DNA from: a virus
Lineage: Duplodnaviria; Caudoviricetes
Reading direction: 5' to 3' (one strand)
DNA: 64,000 nucleotides
IMG/VR virus record: IMGVR_UViG_3300031519_000013
Coordinates: 1-64,000 of that record
Part shown: positions 1 through 8,963 of the stretch, one piece after another
Numbering within the stretch: position 1 is the first letter of the stretch
Layout of the letters: the number at the start of each line of letters is the position of its first letter
Position numbers and translations under genes: made by a program
Notes under the pieces: generated by a model
Told to the model about the DNA's origin: nothing
The model's database searches: none
What the model saw: the letters and a program-made list of their open reading frames with translations, nothing else

Positions 1-289
1 GCCCCTCTGTTCCTCCTAATGGATTCACTATCACTGAGTTTGTCGTTGGGTTCGGACTGAGGGATTGCCCCCCGTTGGTCACGTTTGTTCCCGATACTGA
101 ATATTGCCATCCTGTTGCATAATCTATTGAGTTAATCGTTTCAGTCACCTTTGATGTTGTCTCTGTGTGACTCGTCATTGAGCCCTGGGTGAAGTTTGGA
201 ACCACCGGTACGGCCAGGGCAGCGGCAGGAATAAGACTTACTCCCACCGCAGACATCACAATATATATGATTGTCTTTCCAGAAGTCAT
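1..289 (-). CDS. Hypothetical exported or virion protein, truncated by the window start
   Basis: Manual translation from ATG at 289: MTSGKTIIYIVMSAVGVSLIPAAALAVPVVPNFTQGSMTSHTETT..., signal-peptide-like N-terminus, open to the window edge; late-promoter-like CTAAATA at 307-313 (minus). Confidence 0.7.
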   Translation of the reverse strand, partial: MTSGKTIIYIVMSAVGVSLIPAAALAVPVVPNFTQGSMTSHTETTSKVTETINSIDYATGWQYSVSGTNVTNGGQSLSPNPTTNSVIVNPLGGTEG

Positions 290-309
290 GATTTCTGACC
301 TCCATTTAT

Positions 310-804
310 TTAGTGTATAATTGTGAGTTCACTAACAAATTGTCCGGTAGCATTTGTACCAGCACCACCAGCCGTTAAAGTAATAGCACCAGTAGTTCCG
401 AGAGTACCAGCTAGACTACCAGCAGTTCCTGCTGTTGTAGATGTAATGTTACCGAAGTTTTCTACATCACCAACAGTGACTGCTGCTGCTGGGATTGCAT
501 CACCTGCCGTATAAGACTGAGAGAAACTAAAAGCATTTCCCGCAGTATTTTGAGTGGCAGCAATTGTACCCGGAGCATAAACTCCACTACTAATTGCGCC
601 AGTAGAAATTGTATTGACTGTTGTTCCGTCAGTAGTATCTACGCCGTTGCCTGAAATACTGAAAGTTGAACCAAGTCTTGTGACATTGGTTGCAGCAGCA
701 TCAACGGTTAGTTGAACACTGGAAGATAATTTATGTGTAAGGGCACCTGCATTTGCTGCTGGTGCTGTCATCAGTAACATTATGAAAGGTAGAAACCTAT
801 TCAT
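310..804 (-). CDS. Hypothetical exported Thr/Gly/Ala-rich protein
   Basis: 164-aa ORF with a signal-peptide-like start (…APAANAG); CTAAATA late-promoter motif upstream at 832-838 (minus). Confidence 0.75.
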   Translation of the reverse strand: MNRFLPFIMLLMTAPAANAGALTHKLSSSVQLTVDAAATNVTRLGSTFSISGNGVDTTDGTTVNTISTGAISSGVYAPGTIAATQNTAGNAFSFSQSYTAGDAIPAAAVTVGDVENFGNITSTTAGTAGSLAGTLGTTGAITLTAGGAGTNATGQFVSELTIIH

Positions 805-850
805 AGATAAACCGATAAGGGTATGTATAGGTATTTAGAAGCAAAAATCC

Positions 851-879
851 TTGACAAGACCTTTAAATACATGTAGACT
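851..879 (+). promoter_or_regulatory. Sigma70-type early promoter
   Basis: TTGACA-17nt-TAGACT. Confidence 0.55.
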
Positions 880-914
880 CTTGTTTGTCAGGTTTGATGG
901 GACATCTTAGTAGC

Positions 915-943
915 TTGACGAACATTATAGAGTATGCTATACT
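915..943 (+). promoter_or_regulatory. Sigma70-type early promoter driving the ncRNA, tRNA and talC
   Basis: TTGACG-17nt-TATACT. Confidence 0.7.
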
Positions 944-946
944 CTA

Positions 947-1013
947 ATGGTTGAGAAATCAACTGCGGTAACCTCCTTGGTGGTTCAGGGTTAGCGGCGA
1001 TAGGAACTACCAC
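947..1013 (+). ncRNA. Structured pseudoknotted RNA, probably the cyanophage wcaG RNA motif
   Basis: GTTGA-GAAA-TCAAC hairpin, TAACC/GGTTA stem and TGGTGGTTC/GAACTACCA pseudoknot helix seen directly; motif name is from recall, not a search. Confidence 0.55.
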
Positions 1014-1015
1014 TT

Positions 1016-1087
1016 GGGCTCATAGTTAAGCGGATATAACCACCGCCTTCTAAGCGGTTATCCCAGGTTCGATTCCTGGTGAGCCTG
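1016..1087 (+). tRNA. trnR: tRNA-Arg(TCT)
   Basis: GGGCTCA/TGAGCCT acceptor stem, ACCGC-CTTCTAA-GCGGT anticodon arm, GGTTCGATTCC T-arm; CCA not encoded. Confidence 0.95.
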
Positions 1088-1121
1088 TTGGTTTTACTAT
1101 ATAAATTAAAAAAACGTCGTA

Positions 1122-1769
1122 ATGAAAATCTTTTTAGACACCGCTGATGTACATGCCATCAGAGAGTATTTTGATACTGGTCTGGTAGATGGTGTAACTA
1201 CTAACCCTACATTGATTGCAAGGAGTGGTTGTAACCCTGAGGTTGTATATCAACAGATTAAAAATATTGGTGTCAAGGATATCAGTATGGAGGTGATGGG
1301 TACTGAGAGTGAGATGTATATTGAAGGACATAGACTCGCCCATAAGTTTGGTGATGTTGCAACCATCAAAGTACCAATGACCCGTGAGGGATTGGGAGCC
1401 TGTAAGAGATTATCTGAACAAGGGATTTCAGTTAATGTCACACTGATCTTCTGCGCTGCTCAGGCAGTCCTAGCAGCAAAGGCAGGGGCAACATATGTCT
1501 CACCCTTTGTAGGACGCTTAGACGACCAGTCAGTAGCAGGTCTGGAAGTTGTACGTTCTATCTCTGAACTATATCGTATTCATGGAATCAAAACTCAGAT
1601 TCTTTCTGCTTCAATCCGTAGTGTTCAACGTGCTATTAGATCTTGGTACAATGGTGCTCAGATTTGTACAATGCCACCAAAAGTATTTGATCAAATGTAC
1701 GATCACATTCTCACTGACAAGGGTATGGAAATCTTTGAGAAAGATGCAAAAGATATAAATTTTGTATGA
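1122..1769 (+). CDS. talC: Transaldolase (TalC/Fsa family)
   Basis: FLDTAD, GVTTNPTLI, TIKVP Schiff-base Lys, YVSPFVGRLDD motifs. Confidence 0.95.
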   Translation: MKIFLDTADVHAIREYFDTGLVDGVTTNPTLIARSGCNPEVVYQQIKNIGVKDISMEVMGTESEMYIEGHRLAHKFGDVATIKVPMTREGLGACKRLSEQGISVNVTLIFCAAQAVLAAKAGATYVSPFVGRLDDQSVAGLEVVRSISELYRIHGIKTQILSASIRSVQRAIRSWYNGAQICTMPPKVFDQMYDHILTDKGMEIFEKDAKDINFV

Positions 1770-2209
1770 TGCAAGTAGTGCATCGCAAGTCTCACTTTAC
1801 ACCAGCGTCTGTTTGTGTAGAGTGGGAAGATGTTATACATAAAATATCTGACGGATTTAAAACAGATACCTGTATACTCATTGACGAAGGGAGATTGTAT
1901 AAGGGGTCACCAACTTTTGTCTGCCGCAATAATTTTTATCCCGGATCGATTAAGAAAGTATTTGATTCTGTAAAAGAATATGATAACCTTCACATTTACG
2001 TTTCTTTCAGTGAGACTAGTAACTGCTTTGGTAGTCACTGTGATGACGTTGATGTACTGATAGTTCAGTCAGTCGGAGAGGTGTCATATGAATTTGAAAA
2101 CAGTCAAATTATTAGAGTAAAACCGGGACATAGTTTGTTCATACCGGCCGGTGTCTATCATAAACCAATTGTACATGGTCCAAGGATTACACTTAGTTTC
2201 AATAAATGA
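1766..2209 (+). CDS. Cupin/JmjC-like oxygenase
   Basis: FGSHCDDVDV (HxD) and LFIPAGVYH motifs. Confidence 0.65.
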   Translation: MMQVVHRKSHFTPASVCVEWEDVIHKISDGFKTDTCILIDEGRLYKGSPTFVCRNNFYPGSIKKVFDSVKEYDNLHIYVSFSETSNCFGSHCDDVDVLIVQSVGEVSYEFENSQIIRVKPGHSLFIPAGVYHKPIVHGPRITLSFNK

Positions 2210-2212
2210 ATC

Positions 2213-2461
2213 ATGATTACTGTAAGATGTAAAGATTGTAACGTAGAGTTACATGAAAGCACCAAGCTTCAATGCTGTGGATGCCCAAATATGACCACAC
2301 TGAGAGGTGATAAGGTGTCAGCAGTTGATTTAAGTAAAGTTTTATTAATTAATTCTGAAAAAAGTGTAAATAATCAGGATGTCCTGACAAATCAGGACTT
2401 ACAATACCAAGAGGATCGACGCAAACGCAAGATCCGTAAACTTAACTTCGAGGTACGATGA
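2213..2461 (+). CDS. Hypothetical zinc-ribbon protein
   Basis: CKDC and CCGC Cys pairs; in-operon spacing. Confidence 0.65.
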   Translation: MITVRCKDCNVELHESTKLQCCGCPNMTTLRGDKVSAVDLSKVLLINSEKSVNNQDVLTNQDLQYQEDRRKRKIRKLNFEVR

Positions 2462-2664
2462 TTAATTTGGACGCCCGTTACCATCACTACCTGGATGGAA
2501 AGACAAAATTTTGTATCAACAATGTCTGTGAATCAGTGTTGGGATATGGGTGGACAGATGATGGAAAGGAAATAACTGGATACTATGTTCAGACAGAAAA
2601 TCGTAGGCTTTTTTATAATTTGAATGAGCAGTTTATTTACATGAAAGAGATGGCATCTATATAA
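2458..2664 (+). CDS. Hypothetical protein
   Basis: ATGA overlap with the upstream gene. Confidence 0.6.
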   Translation: MINLDARYHHYLDGKTKFCINNVCESVLGYGWTDDGKEITGYYVQTENRRLFYNLNEQFIYMKEMASI

Positions 2665-2677
2665 GATAAAAAGATTC

Positions 2678-2848
2678 ATGGAAATTACTATTGCAGAGTT
2701 TCGTGCAAACTATGATGAGTATATGAGACGTATGGCAGAGGGAGAAGTATTTGCCATTACCGATATAGAACAGAATGCAGACTCTTTATATGAACCACTC
2801 GAAGACAACAGAGCAATTCCAATTGACATTGAGAGAGCGTCCTTCTAG
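2678..2848 (+). CDS. Small Phd/YefM-antitoxin-like protein (below the ORF track cutoff)
   Basis: Manual translation MEITIAEFRANYDEYMRRMAEGEVFAITDIEQ... (56 aa). Confidence 0.55.
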   Translation: MEITIAEFRANYDEYMRRMAEGEVFAITDIEQNADSLYEPLEDNRAIPIDIERASF

Positions 2849-2850
2849 GG

Positions 2851-2879
2851 TTGACAGGTTCTCTTTTTTACTGTAAAAT
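2851..2879 (+). promoter_or_regulatory. Sigma70-type promoter
   Basis: TTGACA-17nt-TAAAAT. Confidence 0.7.
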
Positions 2880-2901
2880 ACTAAGGCAAATCAAAAGACC
2901 A

Positions 2902-3105
2902 ATGTCTGTCTCCGAAAAGTTTCGTAAGTATCTTCCCCTTCTAGAAGAGACCGTGGAAGGATCTGTTTTTCTTGATCTTAAAAATCCTAAGCTCTACAAG
3001 AAAATTGTTAGGTATTATGCTAATGAAGGAATACAATTCTACGATGATGCTAATGACTATGGCACATTAGTCAAATGTCTAGCACAAGACCTGGGGAAAA
3101 ACTGA
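2902..3105 (+). CDS. Conserved cyanophage hypothetical protein
   Basis: Start moved to ATG 2902, downstream of the promoter; MSVSEKFRKYLPLLEE... Confidence 0.65.
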   Translation: MSVSEKFRKYLPLLEETVEGSVFLDLKNPKLYKKIVRYYANEGIQFYDDANDYGTLVKCLAQDLGKN

Positions 3106-3383
3106 TGAACGATCTAGATTCTAAGTCAGTTGCCTCAACAAAAACCATTGTTATTCACGAAAGATTTCCTTATCGTTTTGTACAAAGGGGTTATATTCAA
3201 CTCAACGGTCTTCCTGATCTGCGTTTGCAGAAAGCAAATGAGTATACTAAAACCTACTCAGACATCTATCTGTTCGACAATGCAGATCAGTTGCTTTTAG
3301 CAATTGAAGACCCTGAATATCCCAAGTGGTTAGATCCGCAAGGTGGGCCTTGTTATGTTACAGACTCGGTAGGTCGTTACTAA
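3105..3383 (+). CDS. Conserved cyanophage hypothetical protein
   Basis: TGATG coupling with the upstream stop; MNDLDSKSVASTKT... Confidence 0.65.
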   Translation: MNDLDSKSVASTKTIVIHERFPYRFVQRGYIQLNGLPDLRLQKANEYTKTYSDIYLFDNADQLLLAIEDPEYPKWLDPQGGPCYVTDSVGRY

Positions 3384-3412
3384 ATAGAAAAGTAGAAAAC
3401 ACTTTTGTCAAA

Positions 3413-3625
3413 ATGTCTCAACAATTTAACTCAGGAAAAGCAGCTAAGTCTGCATCCGGTGCAGCAATGTCAAAGTATGATGTTGAAGTTGAATCTAGAC
3501 TCCAAGCACTAGAATCAAAGGCACATGCAAAGTGCGATGGCGGTGGTGCTGGGATCACTCCTGAACTTGCTGCTAAAATTGAAGAACTGTATGATTGGTA
3601 TCAATATGCAAAAACTAATATCTGA
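3413..3625 (+). CDS. Hypothetical protein (possibly late-expressed)
   Basis: ATG 3413 preceded by CTAAATA at 3380-3386. Confidence 0.6.
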   Translation: MSQQFNSGKAAKSASGAAMSKYDVEVESRLQALESKAHAKCDGGGAGITPELAAKIEELYDWYQYAKTNI

Positions 3626-3717
3626 TTAGGATACGGTTTCTTGCTTCCGTGTAAAGAGCAAGTGGTGCGCTACATCCGCTTAGTTTCCTAATTCTATTTA
3701 AAAATTAGGTGGCGAGC
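3624..3717 (+). ncRNA. Tandem-pseudoknot leader RNA (manA-motif-like) at the head of the glycan operon
   Basis: Two 34-nt units of identical geometry (3634-3667, 3681-3714) with compensatory changes in both stems. Confidence 0.6.
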
Positions 3718-3739
3718 ATATTACGAATTGAACCATAAA

Positions 3740-4651
3740 ATGCAAAAAGTATACTGTATTGTGATGACTCGCAATGATGATCTCATCATTGAGCACTGGG
3801 TCAAGAAACATATCAATGTTTTTGATAAAATTTCTATTGTAGATGGATCTGATGGTGATTTCACACAGAGAGTGTGTGAAAAGTATGGTATCTTGTATAC
3901 CAAAGACCCGGAACCTACCGAGGAAAAACCATTTCATGAACAGTATTTGCGTGAAGCAGCGTTCAATTTGTTGAAACCCTATCTGACACCTGGTGATTGG
4001 ATAGCTTGTTTCATGCCCGATGAGTGGGTCTATCATGACCCAAGAGAGATTGTTGATATGGTTCCTGGTGCATTTCATAATGTGATTGCATGGAATCAAC
4101 TTAACATTCTCCCTCACCCCTCAGAGAAAGAAAAATATTTAAAGGGTATTGAGGAAGGAACATATAATCCTACCGAAGTGTTTAGACATTTTTGGCATAG
4201 AGACAACAATAAAACATGTTGTGAACCTAGAATGTTTAGGTATTCGGGTGATGAGGTTTGGACTCATCAAATTCCCTGGTCTGACAATGCGGTTGCTGGT
4301 AGAATTCAACCGATTAATAGAGATAATATTGCAAAGATTAAACCAACATACTTCCACTACAAGGTTTTTGATCTTGACCCTACCAAATATAAGGATGATG
4401 GGTTCGGTCACTTTGAAAAGAGTAATCTAAATACTGGCATCGGATATGGTAAAGGCATGTCCGAAAGAAAAATTGAATCTATCGAAGATTTATTTTTTGA
4501 TGAAGATAATATCTACTGTAACTTAGGAACTGATGATGATGGCGGAAATTACCTTCATGGGTATTGCGTCAGGATCAGTGATGATGGTATAATTCCAGAA
4601 GAGAATTACAACACAGTTGGTAATGATGAGGACGTTAGGTTAATTGTATGA
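3740..4651 (+). CDS. Glycosyltransferase, GT-A/GT2-like
   Basis: [24 protein letters not shown] and MPDEW (DxD-like) motifs. Confidence 0.7.
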   Translation: MQKVYCIVMTRNDDLIIEHWVKKHINVFDKISIVDGSDGDFTQRVCEKYGILYTKDPEPTEEKPFHEQYLREAAFNLLKPYLTPGDWIACFMPDEWVYHDPREIVDMVPGAFHNVIAWNQLNILPHPSEKEKYLKGIEEGTYNPTEVFRHFWHRDNNKTCCEPRMFRYSGDEVWTHQIPWSDNAVAGRIQPINRDNIAKIKPTYFHYKVFDLDPTKYKDDGFGHFEKSNLNTGIGYGKGMSERKIESIEDLFFDEDNIYCNLGTDDDGGNYLHGYCVRISDDGIIPEENYNTVGNDEDVRLIV

Positions 4652-5718
4652 AGAGAGCACTAATTACAGGAGTGACTGGGCAAGATGGTTCTTACCTTGC
4701 TGAGTTGCTTCTATCAAAGGGATATGAAGTGCATGGAATCAAACGAAGGAGTTCTTCTTTCAATACTGATCGTGTAAATCATATCTTTAACACAAGCAAA
4801 GACTTCACCATGCATTATGGTGATCTGACTGATGCAACAAATCTCATCCGAATCATTCAATTGGTTCAACCTGATGAGATCTACAATCTTGGAGCTCAGA
4901 GTCATGTAAAAGTGTCATTTGAAACACCAGAATACACTGCTAATAGTGATGCTATCGGCACTCTTAGGATACTTGAAGCTTTGCGTATCCTTGGTATGCA
5001 GAACAAGGTAAAGTTCTACCAGGCATCAACATCTGAGATGTATGGTTTGGTGCAGGAGAACCCTCAGTCTGAGACAACTCCTTTCTATCCACGGTCACCT
5101 TATGGTGTAGCAAAATTGTATGCTCACTGGATTGTAAAAAATTACCGTGAGTCCTATGGTATGTTTGCCTGCTCTGGTATCTTGTTTAATCATGAGTCTC
5201 CTCGTCGTGGTGAGACATTTGTGACTCGTAAGATCACCCGTGACCTTACCCGTGTGAACATGGGCATGTTGAAGACCCTTAAACTGGGTAATCTGGATGC
5301 TAAACGTGACTGGGGACATGCAAAAGATTATGTCCGTGCCATGTGGTTGATGTTGCAACAGGATAATCCTGATGACTATGTGATTTCCACTATGCAACAG
5401 ATCACTGTTCGTGAGTTTTGTGACCTGACTGCCAATGAACTTGGAATGTCACTTTATTGGCAGGGTAAAGGAGTCAATGAATACGCTGTTGATGTCAAAA
5501 GTGGAAAGAAAGTTATTGAAGTGAGTCCCCGTTACTTCCGAGATGCTGAGGTAGAGACTCTTCTTGGAGATTCTACCAAGGCACGTAAAGAACTTGGGTG
5601 GTATCCTGAGATAACTATCGAAGAGATGGTCGGAGAGATGGTAAGGAAAGACGTTGATTTTGCAAATCGTGAGGAATACCTAGCAAAAGGAGGGTTTAGT
5701 CGCTATGCATACGACTGA
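4648..5718 (+). CDS. gmd: GDP-mannose 4,6-dehydratase
   Basis: [41 protein letters not shown] motifs. Confidence 0.97.
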   Translation: MKRALITGVTGQDGSYLAELLLSKGYEVHGIKRRSSSFNTDRVNHIFNTSKDFTMHYGDLTDATNLIRIIQLVQPDEIYNLGAQSHVKVSFETPEYTANSDAIGTLRILEALRILGMQNKVKFYQASTSEMYGLVQENPQSETTPFYPRSPYGVAKLYAHWIVKNYRESYGMFACSGILFNHESPRRGETFVTRKITRDLTRVNMGMLKTLKLGNLDAKRDWGHAKDYVRAMWLMLQQDNPDDYVISTMQQITVREFCDLTANELGMSLYWQGKGVNEYAVDVKSGKKVIEVSPRYFRDAEVETLLGDSTKARKELGWYPEITIEEMVGEMVRKDVDFANREEYLAKGGFSRYAYD

Positions 5719-6634
5719 TAATATTTTTGTTGCTGGTCACAAAGGTCTTGTGGGATCAGCAATTGTTCGTTCTTTACGAGAGCAGGGATACAAAAATGTA
5801 TACTACATCCCACATCGAGACCTTGATCTTAGGGATGAAGATCTGACTTATGAATTTTTTAAGAAGACCAAACCAGATTATGTATTTCTAGCAGCTGCAA
5901 AATGTGGTGGTATTAAAGATAATATCAATCATCCTGTTCAGTTTCTCCAAGATAACTTGAAGATTCAGAACAGTGTTATTTCTGCTGCCCACAAAGTAAA
6001 AGTTAAGAAACTTTTGTTCCTTGGATCTGCTTGCATCTATCCAAAACAATGTGATCAACCAATCAAAGAAGAGTATCTCCTCTCTGGATACTTGGAACCG
6101 ACTAACGAAGCATATTCTATTGCTAAGATTGCTGGTATCAAACTATGTCAAGCATATAATAAACAGTATAACACTAATTTTATTTGTGCTCAACCATCGA
6201 ATGTCTATGGTCCTATGGATAATTTTAATCCAGAGACCAGCCATGTGATTGCTGGATTGCTTCATAGATTTCATCTTGCAAAACAATCTAAATCGGAATC
6301 GATTGAATGTTGGGGAACTGGATCAGCAAGACGTGAGTTTGTTTATGTTGAAGATCTTGCAGATGCTTTGATTTTTCTCATGAAGAACTATGATGATAGT
6401 GAGATTATAAACGTTGGTGTTGGACGTGATATTTCTATCAAAGAGCTTGTCGCACACATCGTGGATGTGGTAGAATATGAGGGTGGAATTAAATGGGACA
6501 CCAGCAAACCTGAGGGTATGAAACAACGTCTTCTTGACACCAGTAAATTGAATACTCTCGGGTGGAAACCCAAAATTAGTTTGGATCGCGGTCTTTATCT
6601 GACCTATGAATACTTTAAATTGGAGAATAAGTGA
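5705..6634 (+). CDS. wcaG: GDP-4-keto-6-deoxymannose epimerase/reductase (Fcl/WcaG/ColC family)
   Basis: [23 protein letters not shown] (Cys), YSIAK, SHVIAG (His), [10 protein letters not shown] motifs. Confidence 0.92.
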   Translation: MHTTDNIFVAGHKGLVGSAIVRSLREQGYKNVYYIPHRDLDLRDEDLTYEFFKKTKPDYVFLAAAKCGGIKDNINHPVQFLQDNLKIQNSVISAAHKVKVKKLLFLGSACIYPKQCDQPIKEEYLLSGYLEPTNEAYSIAKIAGIKLCQAYNKQYNTNFICAQPSNVYGPMDNFNPETSHVIAGLLHRFHLAKQSKSESIECWGTGSARREFVYVEDLADALIFLMKNYDDSEIINVGVGRDISIKELVAHIVDVVEYEGGIKWDTSKPEGMKQRLLDTSKLNTLGWKPKISLDRGLYLTYEYFKLENK

Positions 6635-7803
6635 TGTATTGGCCTTTGATGGAGAACACGATCACATTTTCTGATCGTGTCAAGATGGCAGCATTTGTAA
6701 TGACCACAGGTCGGTTCACAAATGGACCACAAGTTCGTAAGTTTGAAAAGCAATGGTCTGAATGGTTGGGAGTCAATCATTCCTTGTATGTTTCTAGCGG
6801 TAGCACTGCTAATTCTTTGATCATTGAATCTGTCAAAGAGTATTATGGATTGAAGAACGGTGACAAAGTTCTTGTTCCTGCTACTACCTGGATGACCAAT
6901 GTCGCACCTGTAATTCAAGCAGGTCTGCAACCTATCTTCTGTGATATTAACCTACGCAATTTTTCTTTTGATGTTGATGAGTTGCAGTATGTTGCTGATC
7001 AACACCCAGACATTAAAGCAGTCTTTGTTACTCACCTGATTGGTCTTTCTGCACCACTAGAAACTATTCGTAGTATCTTCCCTGATGCTTTAATCCTAGA
7101 AGATGTATGTGAATCTCATGGGGTAGAAGGTCCACATGGCGAAAAACGTGGTAGTAATTCTATTGCTTCCTCATTTAGTTTTTACTTTGGACATCACATG
7201 ACCACCATCGAAGGTGGCATGGTATGCACAAACAATACTGAACTTTATGAAGTGATGAGACTAAAACGTAGTCATGGTATGGCACGTGAGGGTTCACCTG
7301 GTTTCTTTGATGAGTATAAGAAAGCGAATCCGGATATTGATCCAGCATTTTTGTTTATGACTGATGGATTCAACTTCCGCAATCATGAAATTTGTGCTGT
7401 TCTGGGACAGGCACAACTCAATCGATTGGATGAGAATATCAAAATTCGTAGAGAAAATTATCAGTATTACTACGATACCCTTCTCTATCCATCTCTGAGC
7501 AGCTACATGATTCCTGAGTATCAAATCAAGAATAGTAGTTTTTCATTCCCAATCATTCCTATTGAAGGTAATATAAAACTATTAAAGGCATTGCTCCGTA
7601 AGAATGAAATTGAGTATCGCCCTATTATCAGTGGTAATTTGTTACGTCATCCTGCATTTAAGAAATATAGTTTATGCACTGGACGTGAAAAATCTAACGT
7701 AGATTATCTCCATGAGAATGGATTGTATGTTGGTAATAGTCAGTTCGTTAATTTTCAACAAATTGATAAACTTAAAACTATCATGGAAGAAGTAAGTGTG
7801 TAA
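6631..7803 (+). CDS. PLP-dependent DegT-family enzyme with the ColD-type His active site (GDP-4-keto-6-deoxymannose 3-dehydratase-like)
   Basis: SSGSTAN, EDVCESHG, SFYFGHHMTTIEGG (His at the Schiff-base Lys position), RSHGM. Confidence 0.8.
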   Translation: MMYWPLMENTITFSDRVKMAAFVMTTGRFTNGPQVRKFEKQWSEWLGVNHSLYVSSGSTANSLIIESVKEYYGLKNGDKVLVPATTWMTNVAPVIQAGLQPIFCDINLRNFSFDVDELQYVADQHPDIKAVFVTHLIGLSAPLETIRSIFPDALILEDVCESHGVEGPHGEKRGSNSIASSFSFYFGHHMTTIEGGMVCTNNTELYEVMRLKRSHGMAREGSPGFFDEYKKANPDIDPAFLFMTDGFNFRNHEICAVLGQAQLNRLDENIKIRRENYQYYYDTLLYPSLSSYMIPEYQIKNSSFSFPIIPIEGNIKLLKALLRKNEIEYRPIISGNLLRHPAFKKYSLCTGREKSNVDYLHENGLYVGNSQFVNFQQIDKLKTIMEEVSV

Positions 7804-8200
7804 GGTATATCTTGCGGGTCCCATAGAGGGATGTACTGATGATGAGGTGCTTGTATGGAGACAGTCAGCAACTCTTTCACTGGGAAATGGTATCAAAGCA
7901 ATTTCTCCTGTTAAAATTGACAGTACCTTTGCTTCTGCTATTATCACACAAAATAAGTATGATGTAGCAGAGTGTGATGTTACACTTGCATACCTTCCAA
8001 AATGTATCAGCGACAGACGTTGTTCTTATGGAACAATTTGTGAGATTGCATGGGCTCATGCTCACAATAAACCAGTAGTAATTGTTTCGGATGATCCATA
8101 CATTCATGAGCACCCTGTGATTCAACAGATTGGTGTTCATTTTGCTGAGTTAAATAATGCTGTTGAGTATATTAATCAATTGCTGAGTCAACATGTATGA
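7796..8200 (+). CDS. Nucleoside 2-deoxyribosyltransferase/N-glycosidase-like protein
   Basis: VYLAGPI ... D ... SYGTICEIAWA ... KPVVIV pattern of the NDT fold. Confidence 0.7.
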   Translation: MCKVYLAGPIEGCTDDEVLVWRQSATLSLGNGIKAISPVKIDSTFASAIITQNKYDVAECDVTLAYLPKCISDRRCSYGTICEIAWAHAHNKPVVIVSDDPYIHEHPVIQQIGVHFAELNNAVEYINQLLSQHV

Positions 8201-8963
8201 TGTAGAATGTACTGGTGGTTTATCATCGGATGGTCAATATAAAAAGAGAGTTCATATTGCATATGACTCCATTTCATTTAAACTTGAATGTGATTTAAAT
8301 GTTTTGGTTCTATGTGAACCTCCATCTATTATTGACATTTCAGAACAAGTAAGAGAATACTATCAATCCTGGGATCTGATTCTGACATGGAGGGAGGATC
8401 TCCTTGATCTTCCTAACGCACGTAAATTTATTTTTGGATGTTGTTGGATTGATTGGAATACTTATCAAGATGTTGATAAATTAAAGACCATCTCCTTTAA
8501 TACTAGCGATAAGGGATATGCACCAGGTCATCAACTACGACAACAGATATGGGAAGGTCTTGGAGATGTGGATAATCTGAATGGATTTTCCATTATTAAA
8601 CATAGATCACCACCGCGAACACCGAACAAGAACTATTTGTTCGAGACTGCTAAATATCATATAGTCGTAGAGAACGAACAACGAAACAGCTGGATCACAG
8701 AGAAATTGATCGACTGTTTTGCCTCTAAGACCATTCCTATTTACTGGGGTGCATCCAACATCGGTGATTATTTCAACACCGATGGCATGATTATCTTTAA
8801 TACCATCGAAGAACTTAAAGATATCCTTGACAATCTTGATGAAAAGATTTATGATAGTCATGTAGAAGTTATAACAGAAAACTATGAAAAGTCCAAGCAG
8901 TATTGGGATTTTCATGCTCGCGTAAGAAAAACTATTGAGGATTACATAGACAATCATGACTAA
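8193..8963 (+). CDS. GT10 alpha-1,3-fucosyltransferase-like protein
   Basis: KYHIVVENE..SWITEKLIDCF..TIPIYWGA motif. Confidence 0.8.
   Translation: MYDVECTGGLSSDGQYKKRVHIAYDSISFKLECDLNVLVLCEPPSIIDISEQVREYYQSWDLILTWREDLLDLPNARKFIFGCCWIDWNTYQDVDKLKTISFNTSDKGYAPGHQLRQQIWEGLGDVDNLNGFSIIKHRSPPRTPNKNYLFETAKYHIVVENEQRNSWITEKLIDCFASKTIPIYWGASNIGDYFNTDGMIIFNTIEELKDILDNLDEKIYDSHVEVITENYEKSKQYWDFHARVRKTIEDYIDNHD

Noticed and set aside
6631-7803. Annotation as perosamine synthase or a generic DegT aminotransferase
   Set aside because: The Schiff-base Lys position is His (GHHM), matching ColD-type dehydratases
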